A DNA stretch of 63,789 nucleotides, counting the filler. It is 7 parts of 7 records of this genome, joined end to end, with 100 filler letters (N's around TTAATTAATTAA, not from the genome) between each part and the next. Parts side by side here need not be neighbours in the genome. Positions count along the whole stretch, not along the records: positions 1 to 13,535 come from SRR31147125_40211; positions 13,636 to 19,543 come from SRR31147125_40216; positions 19,644 to 30,160 come from SRR31147125_40316; 4 more parts are not named here. One strand, written 5' to 3'. Positions 10,903-20,150 of this stretch are shown here, piece by piece (within the stretch, counting starts at the first letter, position 1; the number at the start of each line of letters is the position of its first letter). The position numbers were made by a program, and so were the translations under genes. Below the pieces are notes generated by a model. That model saw only the letters and a list, made by a program, of their open reading frames with translations, was not told where the DNA came from and searched no databases.

Positions 10903-12360
10903 ATGTCGGAAAAACTTTTGTTTGAACTTGGCTCAAAAGGCAGAAAAGGATCCTTACTCCCGGATTGTGACGTTCCACAAATCGAATTAAACGAATTGAT
11001 ACCTGAAAACTATCAAAGAAAAATCCCGGCTCGTTTGCCAGAAGTAAGCGAACCAGAAGTTGTTCGTCATTTTGTCAACCTGTCAACATTGAATCATCAC
11101 GTTGATAAGGGATTTTATCCACTTGGTTCATGTACGATGAAATACAATCCCAAAATTAATGAAGATGTTGCCGGTCTGGATGGATTGCAGGCACTCCATC
11201 CTCATCAACCCGAATCAAGTGTACAGGGTGCTCTAAAATTATATTATGAACTATCCAACTATCTGTGCGAAATAGCCGGCTTTTCAGCCCTGACGTTACA
11301 ACCAGCAGCTGGAGCCCATGGCGAGTTAACAGCACTTATGATGATCAAAGCATACCATGAATCCCGTGGAAATCCAAGAAAATATGTACTCATGCCCGAT
11401 TCTGCTCATGGTACAAATCCAGCCAGTGTTGCCATTTCAGGTTATAATTCCATTACTATCAAATCTAATGAAAACGGACTGGTGGACCTGGAAGCGCTGC
11501 GAAATAACCTGAACGAAGAAACAGCGGCTTTGATGCTGACAAATCCAAATACACTTGGGATTTTTGAATCTCAGGCAACAGAAATCTCTAAAATGATACA
11601 CGATGCGGGTGCCCTGCTTTATATGGATGGCGCAAACATGAATGCCCTACTGGGCCAGGTGCGTCCTGGGGATTTGGGCTTTGATGTGATGCATTTCAAT
11701 CTACACAAAACGTTTTCGACTCCACATGGAGGTGGAGGTCCGGGCTCTGGTCCTGTCGCTGTTAATGAAAAGCTGGCTCCGTTCTTGCCGTCCCCTACTG
11801 TTATTAAATCCAAAGATGGATGGGCTCTGAAAAAGAATAATCCCCACTCTATTGGCCAGGTTTGCTCTTTTTATGGCAACTTTGGTGTTATGGTAAAGGC
11901 TTTTACTTATATTTCTATGCTGGGCGCTAAAGGTCTTCAAAATGTCAGTCGAAACGCCATTATTAATGCCAATTATTTACTCAGTCTCGTCAAAGATGAT
12001 TTTGATGTTCCTTATGATAGTACACCAATGCATGAATTTGTCATATCCGGTAGCAGACAAAAACAACTTGGCGCTAAAACTCTGGATATCGCAAAAAGAT
12101 TATTAGACTTTGGCTTTCACGCGCCAACTATTTATTTTCCACTTATTGTAAATGAAGCTTTGATGATCGAACCAACTGAAACCGAAAGCAAAGAAAGCAT
12201 TGAAGAATTTGCAGCGACAATGAAAGCCATTGCAAAAGAAGCAGAAAAAGATGCCTCAATATTGAAAAACGCACCAACAAAAACACCTGTCTCCCGACTG
12301 AATGAGGCCTTTGCAGCGAAAACCTTAAATATTCGTTATCCGTACAAAGAAAAGGAATAA
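10903..12360 (+). CDS. gcvPB: Glycine dehydrogenase (decarboxylating) subunit 2
   Basis: [34 protein letters not shown]-lysine motif [26 protein letters not shown] 10903 follows GGAG. Confidence 0.95.
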   Translation: MSEKLLFELGSKGRKGSLLPDCDVPQIELNELIPENYQRKIPARLPEVSEPEVVRHFVNLSTLNHHVDKGFYPLGSCTMKYNPKINEDVAGLDGLQALHPHQPESSVQGALKLYYELSNYLCEIAGFSALTLQPAAGAHGELTALMMIKAYHESRGNPRKYVLMPDSAHGTNPASVAISGYNSITIKSNENGLVDLEALRNNLNEETAALMLTNPNTLGIFESQATEISKMIHDAGALLYMDGANMNALLGQVRPGDLGFDVMHFNLHKTFSTPHGGGGPGSGPVAVNEKLAPFLPSPTVIKSKDGWALKKNNPHSIGQVCSFYGNFGVMVKAFTYISMLGAKGLQNVSRNAIINANYLLSLVKDDFDVPYDSTPMHEFVISGSRQKQLGAKTLDIAKRLLDFGFHAPTIYFPLIVNEALMIEPTETESKESIEEFAATMKAIAKEAEKDASILKNAPTKTPVSRLNEAFAAKTLNIRYPYKEKE

Positions 12361-12372
12361 TCTATTAAAGGA

Positions 12373-13332
12373 TTGGGTTTGGAAAAAGATAAAACCAAGA
12401 AAAAACCTAAAATTCTTGTCGTTGATGATATTCCTGTTAATATTCATTTACTTCAAGCTTACTTAACCAGCGCAGGCTATGATACGCTCGTCGCTCACAA
12501 TGGCGAGGAAGCGTTACGCCAGGTCAGGGCGAACCAACCAGATATTGTACTTTTGGATGTCATGATGCCTAAACTGGACGGATTTCAAACGTGCCGACTT
12601 TTGAAAAACGATAAAAAATCACGATACATCCCCATAATAATGGTTACAGCCCTCAATGAAATTGAAGATAAAGTAAAAGGAATTGAAGCAGGTGCTGACG
12701 ATTTTATTGCCAAACCTTTTAACAAACTAGAGTTATTAGCCCGTGTAAAATCGTTGCTTCGGATTAAATTTTTGCACGATGAACTGCAGGAAAAAGTTAA
12801 ATTATTGGAACAAGCTAAGGAGCGACTTCGATCTTTAGCAGTGACAGATGGTCTGACCGGATTACATAATCATCGATATTTTAAAGAATATTTGTCACAT
12901 GAACTTAGCAGATCTCAACGGCACCAATCACATGTTTCCTTGATCATGATAGATATCGATTTTTTCAAGGTTTATAACGACACACACGGCCATCTGGCTG
13001 GAGATAAAATCCTGAAAACACTCGCCCAATTAATGCGTACAAATATTCGTAGTATTGACGTCGCAGCTCGTTATGGGGGAGAGGAATTTGCCCTTATATT
13101 GCCTGAAACCAACAAAAGTGCGGCTCGAATTGTAGCTCATAAGATTAAAAAACTAGTTGAAGAACACGAATTTCCAAATGAACAAAGCCAGCCAAATGGT
13201 CAAATCACTATTAGCCTTGGTGTAGCTGTTTTCCCTGAAAATGCCAATAATATGGACGAATTAATAAATATTGCAGATCAAAGATTATACAAGGCCAAAT
13301 CCCTCGGTCGAAATCGGGTCGTTGACGTGTGA
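12373..13332 (+). CDS. Response regulator-diguanylate cyclase (REC-GGDEF)
   Basis: ILVVDD...LLDVMMP...KPF receiver; DGLTGL, DIDFFK, RxxD I-site (RSID) and intact GGEEF. Confidence 0.93.
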   Translation: MGLEKDKTKKKPKILVVDDIPVNIHLLQAYLTSAGYDTLVAHNGEEALRQVRANQPDIVLLDVMMPKLDGFQTCRLLKNDKKSRYIPIIMVTALNEIEDKVKGIEAGADDFIAKPFNKLELLARVKSLLRIKFLHDELQEKVKLLEQAKERLRSLAVTDGLTGLHNHRYFKEYLSHELSRSQRHQSHVSLIMIDIDFFKVYNDTHGHLAGDKILKTLAQLMRTNIRSIDVAARYGGEEFALILPETNKSAARIVAHKIKKLVEEHEFPNEQSQPNGQITISLGVAVFPENANNMDELINIADQRLYKAKSLGRNRVVDV

Positions 13333-13348
13333 TGTGTGAGGAGAAATT

Positions 13349-13535
13349 ATGACAAATTGGATTCGGCAACAACTTAAAGGAAAACTCTTTCGCAAAGTTT
13401 TCCTTGCAACCCTTGTTTCATCTATTATCCCCATCGGGGTGATGATTCTCTTTTTATTTAGAAGCGAATTCTCTACAAATGATTTTCAATCTCGCTTTTC
13501 GCCGCAATTTTTTATTATTATGCTATTAGCTTTTT
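13349..13535 (+). CDS. Membrane sensor-like protein, 3'-truncated at contig end
   Basis: GAGGAG RBS, ATG and two hydrophobic segments running into the N-linker. Confidence 0.5.
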
Positions 13536-13635
13536 NNNNNNNNNNNNNNNNNNNNNNNNNNNNNNNNNNNNNNNNNNNNTTAATTAATTAANNNNNNNNN
13601 NNNNNNNNNNNNNNNNNNNNNNNNNNNNNNNNNNN
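13536..13635. other. Artificial contig linker
   Basis: 100 nt of N with central TTAATTAATTAA (stop codons in all six frames). Confidence 0.99.
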
Positions 13636-14323
13636 CCCAAGTGGTAGATAGTGGATCACCGAAACCTAGAAACTCAAGTGTTGCTTCTGCCATAATAGCA
13701 TAGATGACCGTACCTACAAAGAGACTACTAAGGATAGACATCATATTCGGCATTACTTCAAAGAAGAGCCTGCGTATTTTGGTTTCACCCAGTGTTTCTG
13801 CAGCATATACAAACTCTCTCTGGCGGATACTCAATGTCTGACTTCTGATAACACGTGCTCCCCATGCCCATGAAGTTATCCCGATAATAAAACCGATTGC
13901 AAGCGGTGATATCTTACCAAGCATAGCAGCCAACACCAGGAGTAGCGGTATATTTGGTATCACCATAATTACATTTATTATAGTTGCGATTATATTATCT
14001 ATTATTCCGCCGAAATATCCGGCTACGACCCCGACAATCATTGCCAAACCCATTGCGATAGAACCGGCAATAACCCCAACTACTATTGATGTACGCCCTC
14101 CATAAAGAGTCTGAGAGAGTACATCTCTACCTAATTGTGTTGTGCCTAGTTTGTGTTCGAGAGAAGGTGGTTGATGAGACTTACCAATTCTATCGACTGG
14201 GTCATGTTTGAGGAATAGCGGCGCTGCGAAACAACTTATAATTATTCCAAGCAGCATAACGGAACCAATAGTAAATTTCAAATTCTGTCTTATAAATCTT
14301 ACTACTTTATTTTCATTATTCAT
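13636..14323 (-). CDS. ABC transporter permease, OppC/DppC-like; 3'-truncated
   Basis: HKLGTTQLGRDV, GYFGG, EAA-like motif REFVYAAETLGE, LEFLGFG. Confidence 0.9.
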
Positions 14324-14324
14324 T

Positions 14325-15314
14325 TTATTTTCCCTGCTTTCTCAGCCTTGGATCGAGAGCAAGAATAAGCACATCTGCACCAAAATTAGCCACGAGAACC
14401 ATACTTGTAATCAGTAATAAAAGTCCCTGAATAAGGGGATAATCACGAGCAGAAAGACTCTGATACATCACCAACCCCAACCCGGGATAATTAAAGACGA
14501 TCTCGACAATAAGCGATCCACCGAAGATATATCCAATACACATAGCGAAAGTTGTTACAATCGGCAGCATCGCGTTGCGTGCACCATAACCAAACATCAC
14601 TCTTGTATCAGGCACACCTTTTGCCCAGCCCATTACAATATAGTCTTCACCAAGTTGGTTAATCATATTGGCTCGCATGACCATGATATTACCAAGACTG
14701 GAGATTATAATTGCTGTAGCTGGCAGTACTGCATGATATAAGACGCTACTTATATACTCCCAGGTAAATCCCGGAAAAATAAGACTATCATAAGCATAAC
14801 CGGTTGGGAACCATTTGAGGTGACTCCCGAAGATAAAGTACAGACTCAATGCTGTTACAATTGCAGGGATATTCGCAAGAATCTGCCCAGTAATAGTGAC
14901 AATACTGTCAAACCTGCCGCCTCTCCTCCACGCCACTAAGATACCTAAGAAGGTAGTTATCGTATAAGAGATAACAATTGCTGAGCCGACAAGGAATATT
15001 GTCCAGGTTACACCACGAGAAAGAGCTTCAGTAACAGATAACGGATAGAACTTGAGAGATGTTCCCCAGTCACCTGTAAAGATATTACCGATATAATCGA
15101 TATAGCTCTTCCAGAGCGGCTGATCGACAAAACCAAACATCTTCTCGATAGCTTTTACTGTCTCTTCACTGACATTACCACCACTTGCATATAATGTTGC
15201 CAGATATGCCTGCACAGGATTACCCGGCATCATTCTAGGCAGGAAAAAATTAATCGTAATAGCGGCGAAAAATGCTATTATATAGAACCCAAGCCGCTGC
15301 AGTAAAAATTTCAT
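14325..15314 (-). CDS. ABC transporter permease, OppB/DppB-like
   Basis: FFLPRMMPGNP, GDWGTS, EDYIVMGWAKG, EIVFNYPGLG, RDYPLIQG, LDPR. Confidence 0.92.
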   Translation of the reverse strand: MKFLLQRLGFYIIAFFAAITINFFLPRMMPGNPVQAYLATLYASGGNVSEETVKAIEKMFGFVDQPLWKSYIDYIGNIFTGDWGTSLKFYPLSVTEALSRGVTWTIFLVGSAIVISYTITTFLGILVAWRRGGRFDSIVTITGQILANIPAIVTALSLYFIFGSHLKWFPTGYAYDSLIFPGFTWEYISSVLYHAVLPATAIIISSLGNIMVMRANMINQLGEDYIVMGWAKGVPDTRVMFGYGARNAMLPIVTTFAMCIGYIFGGSLIVEIVFNYPGLGLVMYQSLSARDYPLIQGLLLLITSMVLVANFGADVLILALDPRLRKQGK

Positions 15315-15338
15315 TTTCTATCCTAATCTCTTTTAACT

Positions 15339-15387
15339 GTTTACTGAACCGGTTACTATTCGGTTATTCAGAACCGGCTCAGTAAAC
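15339..15387 (-). other. Intercistronic stem-loop between the solute-binding and permease genes
   Basis: 16-bp inverted repeat (15339-15354 / 15372-15387); its single mismatch is a G-U pair on the coding (minus) strand. Confidence 0.65.
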
Positions 15388-15428
15388 TCCCATAAATCAA
15401 GTTATTTTAAAGGTTACTACAAATACTA

Positions 15429-17105
15429 TTATTCAACTGGCTTAAGATTTAGCACATGGATAATTTTGTTATCCCAGTCACCCATACCAATAGCAGGGTC
15501 AATGTATGGATCAGATTCATTTGCCCAGCCTGTTACTCGTGAATCATTATAAACAAACCATTTACCATTATAGTATAGTGGAATATGTGGAACATTCTTA
15601 GCATACATCATTTCAATTTGATCAACAATTTCTTTCTGTCTGTCTTTATTAACAGTAACCTTAAGCTCGTTGATAAGTGCATCACGCTCAGGATTTTTAT
15701 CTTTAGTCAAGTTTGATGACCACCATGTAGTACTATTAAAGAATGGCTCAGTCATGGTTTTTTCATAGAATTTATAAATATTCGGAGCAAGACCATTACC
15801 ACTGAACTGTGCATCAAAGTTACCTGTTGTCCATGCTTCTGTATAAGCATTTACTTCCGGAGTAGCTACACTTGCATTGATACCAATTTTACGTAGACCT
15901 TCTACAGCGATCTGACAATTATTAACCCAGTCAGTCCAACCACTTGGAACTTGAATATCAAATTCAATCTTTGAACCATCTTCATTTTCAACCCAACCAT
16001 CATGATCAGTATCTTTAAAACCACCTGCTGCTAGTTCTTCTTTTGCCTTATCAATATCAAACTGTGCAAACTCTTCCCAGATCTTATCAGCTTCAGGATT
16101 TCTCCAACCCCAAAGTGATGGTGGAAGACCAGTTGCAGGGTTACCGCCTTTTACATAACCATAAGAACCAATTTCCATCATGTCCTGACGATTCATAGCA
16201 AGTGAGAATGCTCTTCTGAAATGAATATTTTTAAATGCTTCAAGATTACCTGCATTCTTTGTCTGCATATTCATACAGATACGTACACCATCATGTGAAG
16301 GGAACCAGTATTTCTTTGATTCATCACCAGCAACATATACTTTGTCAATCTCAGGTATAAAGATATGACCCCAATCGATCTTGCCAGCCTGCAACATATC
16401 ATATGCAGCTTCATTTGAGTTATACTGCGGGTAGAGCACTCTATCAACTTTGAGTTTATCTCCCTGCCAGTAATTTGGATTTCTTCCCATTGCAAAAAGC
16501 TGCGGAGTAAAGCGGAGTACTTCTGTAAATGCACCAGTACCGATTGGATTTTCAACAACCATCTTAGCAGGATCTTGGATATCCTTCCAAATATGCTCCG
16601 GCACCATCATTACTTCATTCAACACAGCACTCTTACCAAATGCATTTACATCTTTGAGTACAAATTCAACAGTATCAGCATCAAGCTTTTTTACACTTAC
16701 AAGTTTACCATTGTCTCCCCACATCCCTTTACCATCAATTTCAGGATGCTCTTTGAAGTAATTATAAGTAAAGACTACATCATCAGCAGTAAAATCCTTA
16801 CCATCACTCCATTTAACATCTTTACGAACTTTGATCACAATTGTTTTTGCATCATCTTTCATTATCGCTTCTTCAGCCAACCACGGAATTTCTTCATTAC
16901 TTAACCCGTTATAAATAACTAGAGGCTCATAAGCAAAACCTTTTTGTGCTTCCAGCACATTAGTAAAAGGATTGAAATTTCTATTCCAACCGGTTACTGA
17001 CTGCTGCAATACACTGATTGATACAGGGGAAGCTTTGACAACACTGCTACTGCAAGCTATAAGCATAGCAACACAAAGCAGGCCTATCCACATTCTTTTT
17101 AACAT
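15429..17105 (-). CDS. ABC transporter family-5 solute-binding protein, probably oligosaccharide (cellobiose/chitooligosaccharide-binding type)
   Basis: Signal peptide with possible lipobox LIAC; RNFNPF, YEPL, VKWSDGKDFTADDVVFT, PIGTGAF, VPSGWTDW. Confidence 0.85.
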   Translation of the reverse strand: MLKRMWIGLLCVAMLIACSSSVVKASPVSISVLQQSVTGWNRNFNPFTNVLEAQKGFAYEPLVIYNGLSNEEIPWLAEEAIMKDDAKTIVIKVRKDVKWSDGKDFTADDVVFTYNYFKEHPEIDGKGMWGDNGKLVSVKKLDADTVEFVLKDVNAFGKSAVLNEVMMVPEHIWKDIQDPAKMVVENPIGTGAFTEVLRFTPQLFAMGRNPNYWQGDKLKVDRVLYPQYNSNEAAYDMLQAGKIDWGHIFIPEIDKVYVAGDESKKYWFPSHDGVRICMNMQTKNAGNLEAFKNIHFRRAFSLAMNRQDMMEIGSYGYVKGGNPATGLPPSLWGWRNPEADKIWEEFAQFDIDKAKEELAAGGFKDTDHDGWVENEDGSKIEFDIQVPSGWTDWVNNCQIAVEGLRKIGINASVATPEVNAYTEAWTTGNFDAQFSGNGLAPNIYKFYEKTMTEPFFNSTTWWSSNLTKDKNPERDALINELKVTVNKDRQKEIVDQIEMMYAKNVPHIPLYYNGKWFVYNDSRVTGWANESDPYIDPAIGMGDWDNKIIHVLNLKPVE

Positions 17106-17183
17106 AGTAAAACTCCTGAATTGACTTACAACAAAAACAAAAAAACCCGAAATAATAATAACACAATATTTTCAGCAAAATAT

Positions 17184-17219
17184 AAAAAAAGCAGAACCTG
17201 TAATTTACAGGTTCTGCTT
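17184..17219 (-). terminator. Intrinsic terminator (attenuator) in the leader of the ABC operon
   Basis: Minus strand reads AAGCAGAACCTGTA-AAT-TACAGGTTCTGC-TTTTTTT, ending about 80 nt upstream of the start codon at 17105. Confidence 0.8.
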
Positions 17220-17319
17220 GAAGATACAAAAATATTTAAACTTATTACTGCTTCTTATATATGCTTAATAACAGCACTATAAAACTAAATCTATCAACAA
17301 ATTTATAATAATCAGATTG

Positions 17320-17520
17320 TCAGACCAGACGGCGATAGATTCATTCAGTAATAATTGTGGTTAAACTTTTTAGTCTTCGCAGAACCCTTCCATGCAACAC
17401 AGCACTCTGTCTTGCACGTAGATACTCTACAAAATAAAATTTAAAACTGAATGCAACCGAAGACAAGGTTTTCCTGACACCTTACGCTACTTCGCCGGAC
17501 TGCTCTTAACAGTAGGGTTA
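17320..17520 (-). ncRNA. Candidate structured cis-regulatory RNA, family not recognised
   Basis: GC-richer island in an AT-rich intergenic region, with several complementary segments and an 8-nt match able to pair with the terminator's 5' arm (see findings). Confidence 0.45.
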
Positions 17521-17973
17521 TTGATCATTGTTAAAGAAAACAATATTAACTCTTAAAATGAAACACTCAAGCCATTAATGCTTATCTCACATGCTTCCAA
17601 GTTATAAATATTTGTTTTCTTACTCTTTGAATTAACTATACAATAATATTATTCTTATGCAAATTTTTTATCTCTGTATTCAATAATTTTCTCATTTAAA
17701 ATATAGAAATAACTATCCATTCTTTCAACAAGTTTATCCTATCTTTTATTTATTAACCTAAATAGAAAAATACAAATCACAAAACACTATAACTCATGAA
17801 TCTTCCCAGATTATAACTCTGACACAAGCAATAATAAGATATATAATATATAAATACAAACACAAATACTATTTCACGAAATTGTGCTATTATATTTTCA
17901 CTTTTAGTTGGCTAGGATCCATAAAATAAACTCAGAAATTTTAATAACTCAACATCCTCAAATGAAAAATTAA

Positions 17974-18672
17974 CTATTTTTCAGCAACAATAACTGTAGC
18001 AGGTGACGTATTATCCCAGCAATTCATTTTAAAATCACCATATGAATGAGTATTCTTAAAACCGTTCTTCTCCAATAAACTCACAAGCTTCATTTTACGA
18101 AGTGGAAATAATTCTATCTCACTACTCAGAGTTTTTCCCTCTGTTTTTACTGTCAACTCTCCCCTGAAAATAAACTTTTCCCCCTTAATATAAGTACGTT
18201 TAAAGGTTATCTCTTCATTATCAAGTAGTGGCAAAGCAGCAAGAGCATGATCCAGAATATTATCGTAATTGACAATCTGAAGCAATACTTTCCCCCCAGA
18301 CTCCAACCGCTCAAATACTCCTTGTAAAAACTGGTCTACATCTTTCTCAGAGATATGCACCAGCGTATTACCAAAACATATCACTCCATCATACTTCTGT
18401 TGCAAGGTATTAATTTTTAGCATATTGAGAGTCTGAAAGCTCAACTCTGGAAAACGGTTTCTTGCAATTTCTATAAAATCATCTTCCAGATCAACTCCAG
18501 AAATTTCATATTGTCTCAATGCATTCGTAAGTTTTCCGTTAGCACAACCTACCTCTAAAATCCTACTCTGCTGTTCAGGAAAATTATTCAGCACAAACTC
18601 AACCTGTAAATTACTGAGTGGAAATATATAATCATAATACTCAACTATCTTGCTATAAAATTCATTACCCAT
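17974..18672 (-). CDS. Class I SAM-dependent methyltransferase
   Basis: ILEVGCANG motif I, GVDL, YDGVICFGNTLVH. Confidence 0.88.
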   Translation of the reverse strand: MGNEFYSKIVEYYDYIFPLSNLQVEFVLNNFPEQQSRILEVGCANGKLTNALRQYEISGVDLEDDFIEIARNRFPELSFQTLNMLKINTLQQKYDGVICFGNTLVHISEKDVDQFLQGVFERLESGGKVLLQIVNYDNILDHALAALPLLDNEEITFKRTYIKGEKFIFRGELTVKTEGKTLSSEIELFPLRKMKLVSLLEKNGFKNTHSYGDFKMNCWDNTSPATVIVAEK

Positions 18673-18693
18673 AATTTATTTATCCATTTCTTC

Positions 18694-19543
18694 TCAACAT
18701 GCAGCTGGAGCAAGAGCTTCCAACAGCTGCTCAATCCCCCTTCCGCTCTTATCTACAGTAAAATTAAAAACATACTTTCCGACTCTTATTATCACACAAT
18801 CAAACTTTTCTTCTTCATCAAGCTTTATATTGTCAATATTATCAAAAGGTATATAAATATAAGAATATGAATAATTAGCTTCGCCCTTCTCCACAAACTT
18901 AGTACTTCTATTAACAACTATCAAATCCTTATCGGTACAGACAAAGATACTGCTGCAAAATGAAATATTCCTCTTAAAGATACGTTTCAACTTACTGACT
19001 AAGCTCTTCTCCCTAGGAGGGATAAAATCTGGCTGATATGCAATCAAACTACTTGTCGGATCATCCTTCTGCAACTTATTGAGTAAATTCAGATATAATA
19101 AATCTAAATCCTCCTGCTCATACCTCAGCTCAGTTACAGTAATCTCCTCGGCTGGTGTCTGCTGTAACTCCTTTATCAAATTTATAAAATCAATCATAAT
19201 ACTATATGATACTGTATTATAATCTATTACGATTATATCATCAGCAATATATAATTCAAGTTTTCCATCAAGCAAATTCTGAGTATTGGTTATTACCCGC
19301 ACATCAGCAAGTTCCACTTTCTCTTCCCTGACCTCATCACCTTCACGCTCTAAAATAGTTATATGATCAGGAAATAACCCCACAACCCTATCATAAAGGT
19401 GTTCATCCGGACTTGCATACTTACGCTCAACCTTTCTAGGTATTTTAAATAATATTAGAGCCGAATCCTGAAGATATTTATACTTATTAAATACAGGCGG
19501 CATAGTATGAACATCATCAATCAAGTAAATCCACGGTCCAAAA
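18694..19543 (-). CDS. Hypothetical protein, 5'-truncated
   Basis: Frame stays open to the contig edge (FGPWIYLIDDVHTM...); YLQDSALILFKIPRKVERK motif. Confidence 0.7.
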
Positions 19544-19643
19544 NNNNNNNNNNNNNNNNNNNNNNNNNNNNNNNNNNNNNNNNNNNNTTAATTAATTAAN
19601 NNNNNNNNNNNNNNNNNNNNNNNNNNNNNNNNNNNNNNNNNNN
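19544..19643. other. Artificial contig linker
   Basis: 100-nt N run containing TTAATTAATTAA. Confidence 0.99.
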
Positions 19644-19772
19644 GGGTCCATTATAATTCGCAGGCTTTTTCACCGGTATTTGGGTTTTGAAAAAGAACTA
19701 TAACTGATTTGGGAAGCATCGTAACCAGACTAAGGTTCAAACGGTGCCCCCTCTTTCCGGCTGCATTCAACC

Positions 19773-20132
19773 CTATGGCTCTCTTTTAATACGTATTTTA
19801 CCCAATTTTATTAAAATAAAGATTGAAATAATACTAGTACAAACAACACTGTAGAAATATAAATCATAAAGCTTTTTTACATAGTTGGGATTAATAATAA
19901 AGTATCTTAGTAGCTCAATTGGCATAACAAAAACTATATAGATAGAAACGATTGTAAGTATAACTCTGAAAACTCCTTCCTTTATTTTAAACCATTTATC
20001 TTTTGGCTTTTTTGATATCAAATATTCCTGAAATTTACTTAAAAGGATTAAATAAAAACCTATCAATATTCCAATAATTATTGCATAAGCAAATATAAGA
20101 TATTGCATTAAACTCATTGAAATCTCGCTCAT
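19773..20132 (-). CDS. Small membrane protein, putative immunity protein of the RHS toxin
   Basis: 119 aa, three hydrophobic helices, very AT-rich, begins 18 nt after the RHS stop codon. Confidence 0.65.
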   Translation of the reverse strand: MSEISMSLMQYLIFAYAIIIGILIGFYLILLSKFQEYLISKKPKDKWFKIKEGVFRVILTIVSIYIVFVMPIELLRYFIINPNYVKKLYDLYFYSVVCTSIISIFILIKLGKIRIKREP

Positions 20133-20150
20133 AAGTACTCTTTTTTTATA

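Noticed and set aside
13580-13591. Recurring TTAATTAATTAA palindrome and ORFs ending in 'LIN' or X runs
   Set aside because: Part of the artificial linker, not biological.
17455-17600. Cobalamin riboswitch (minus-strand CCCTACTGT and GTCAGGAAAACCTTGTC resemble B12-box pieces)
   Set aside because: The conserved GGGAA-GGTG-AA-TCC P4/P5 core is not present at the right spacing and does not pair. The resemblance is partial, so cmscan should still be run.
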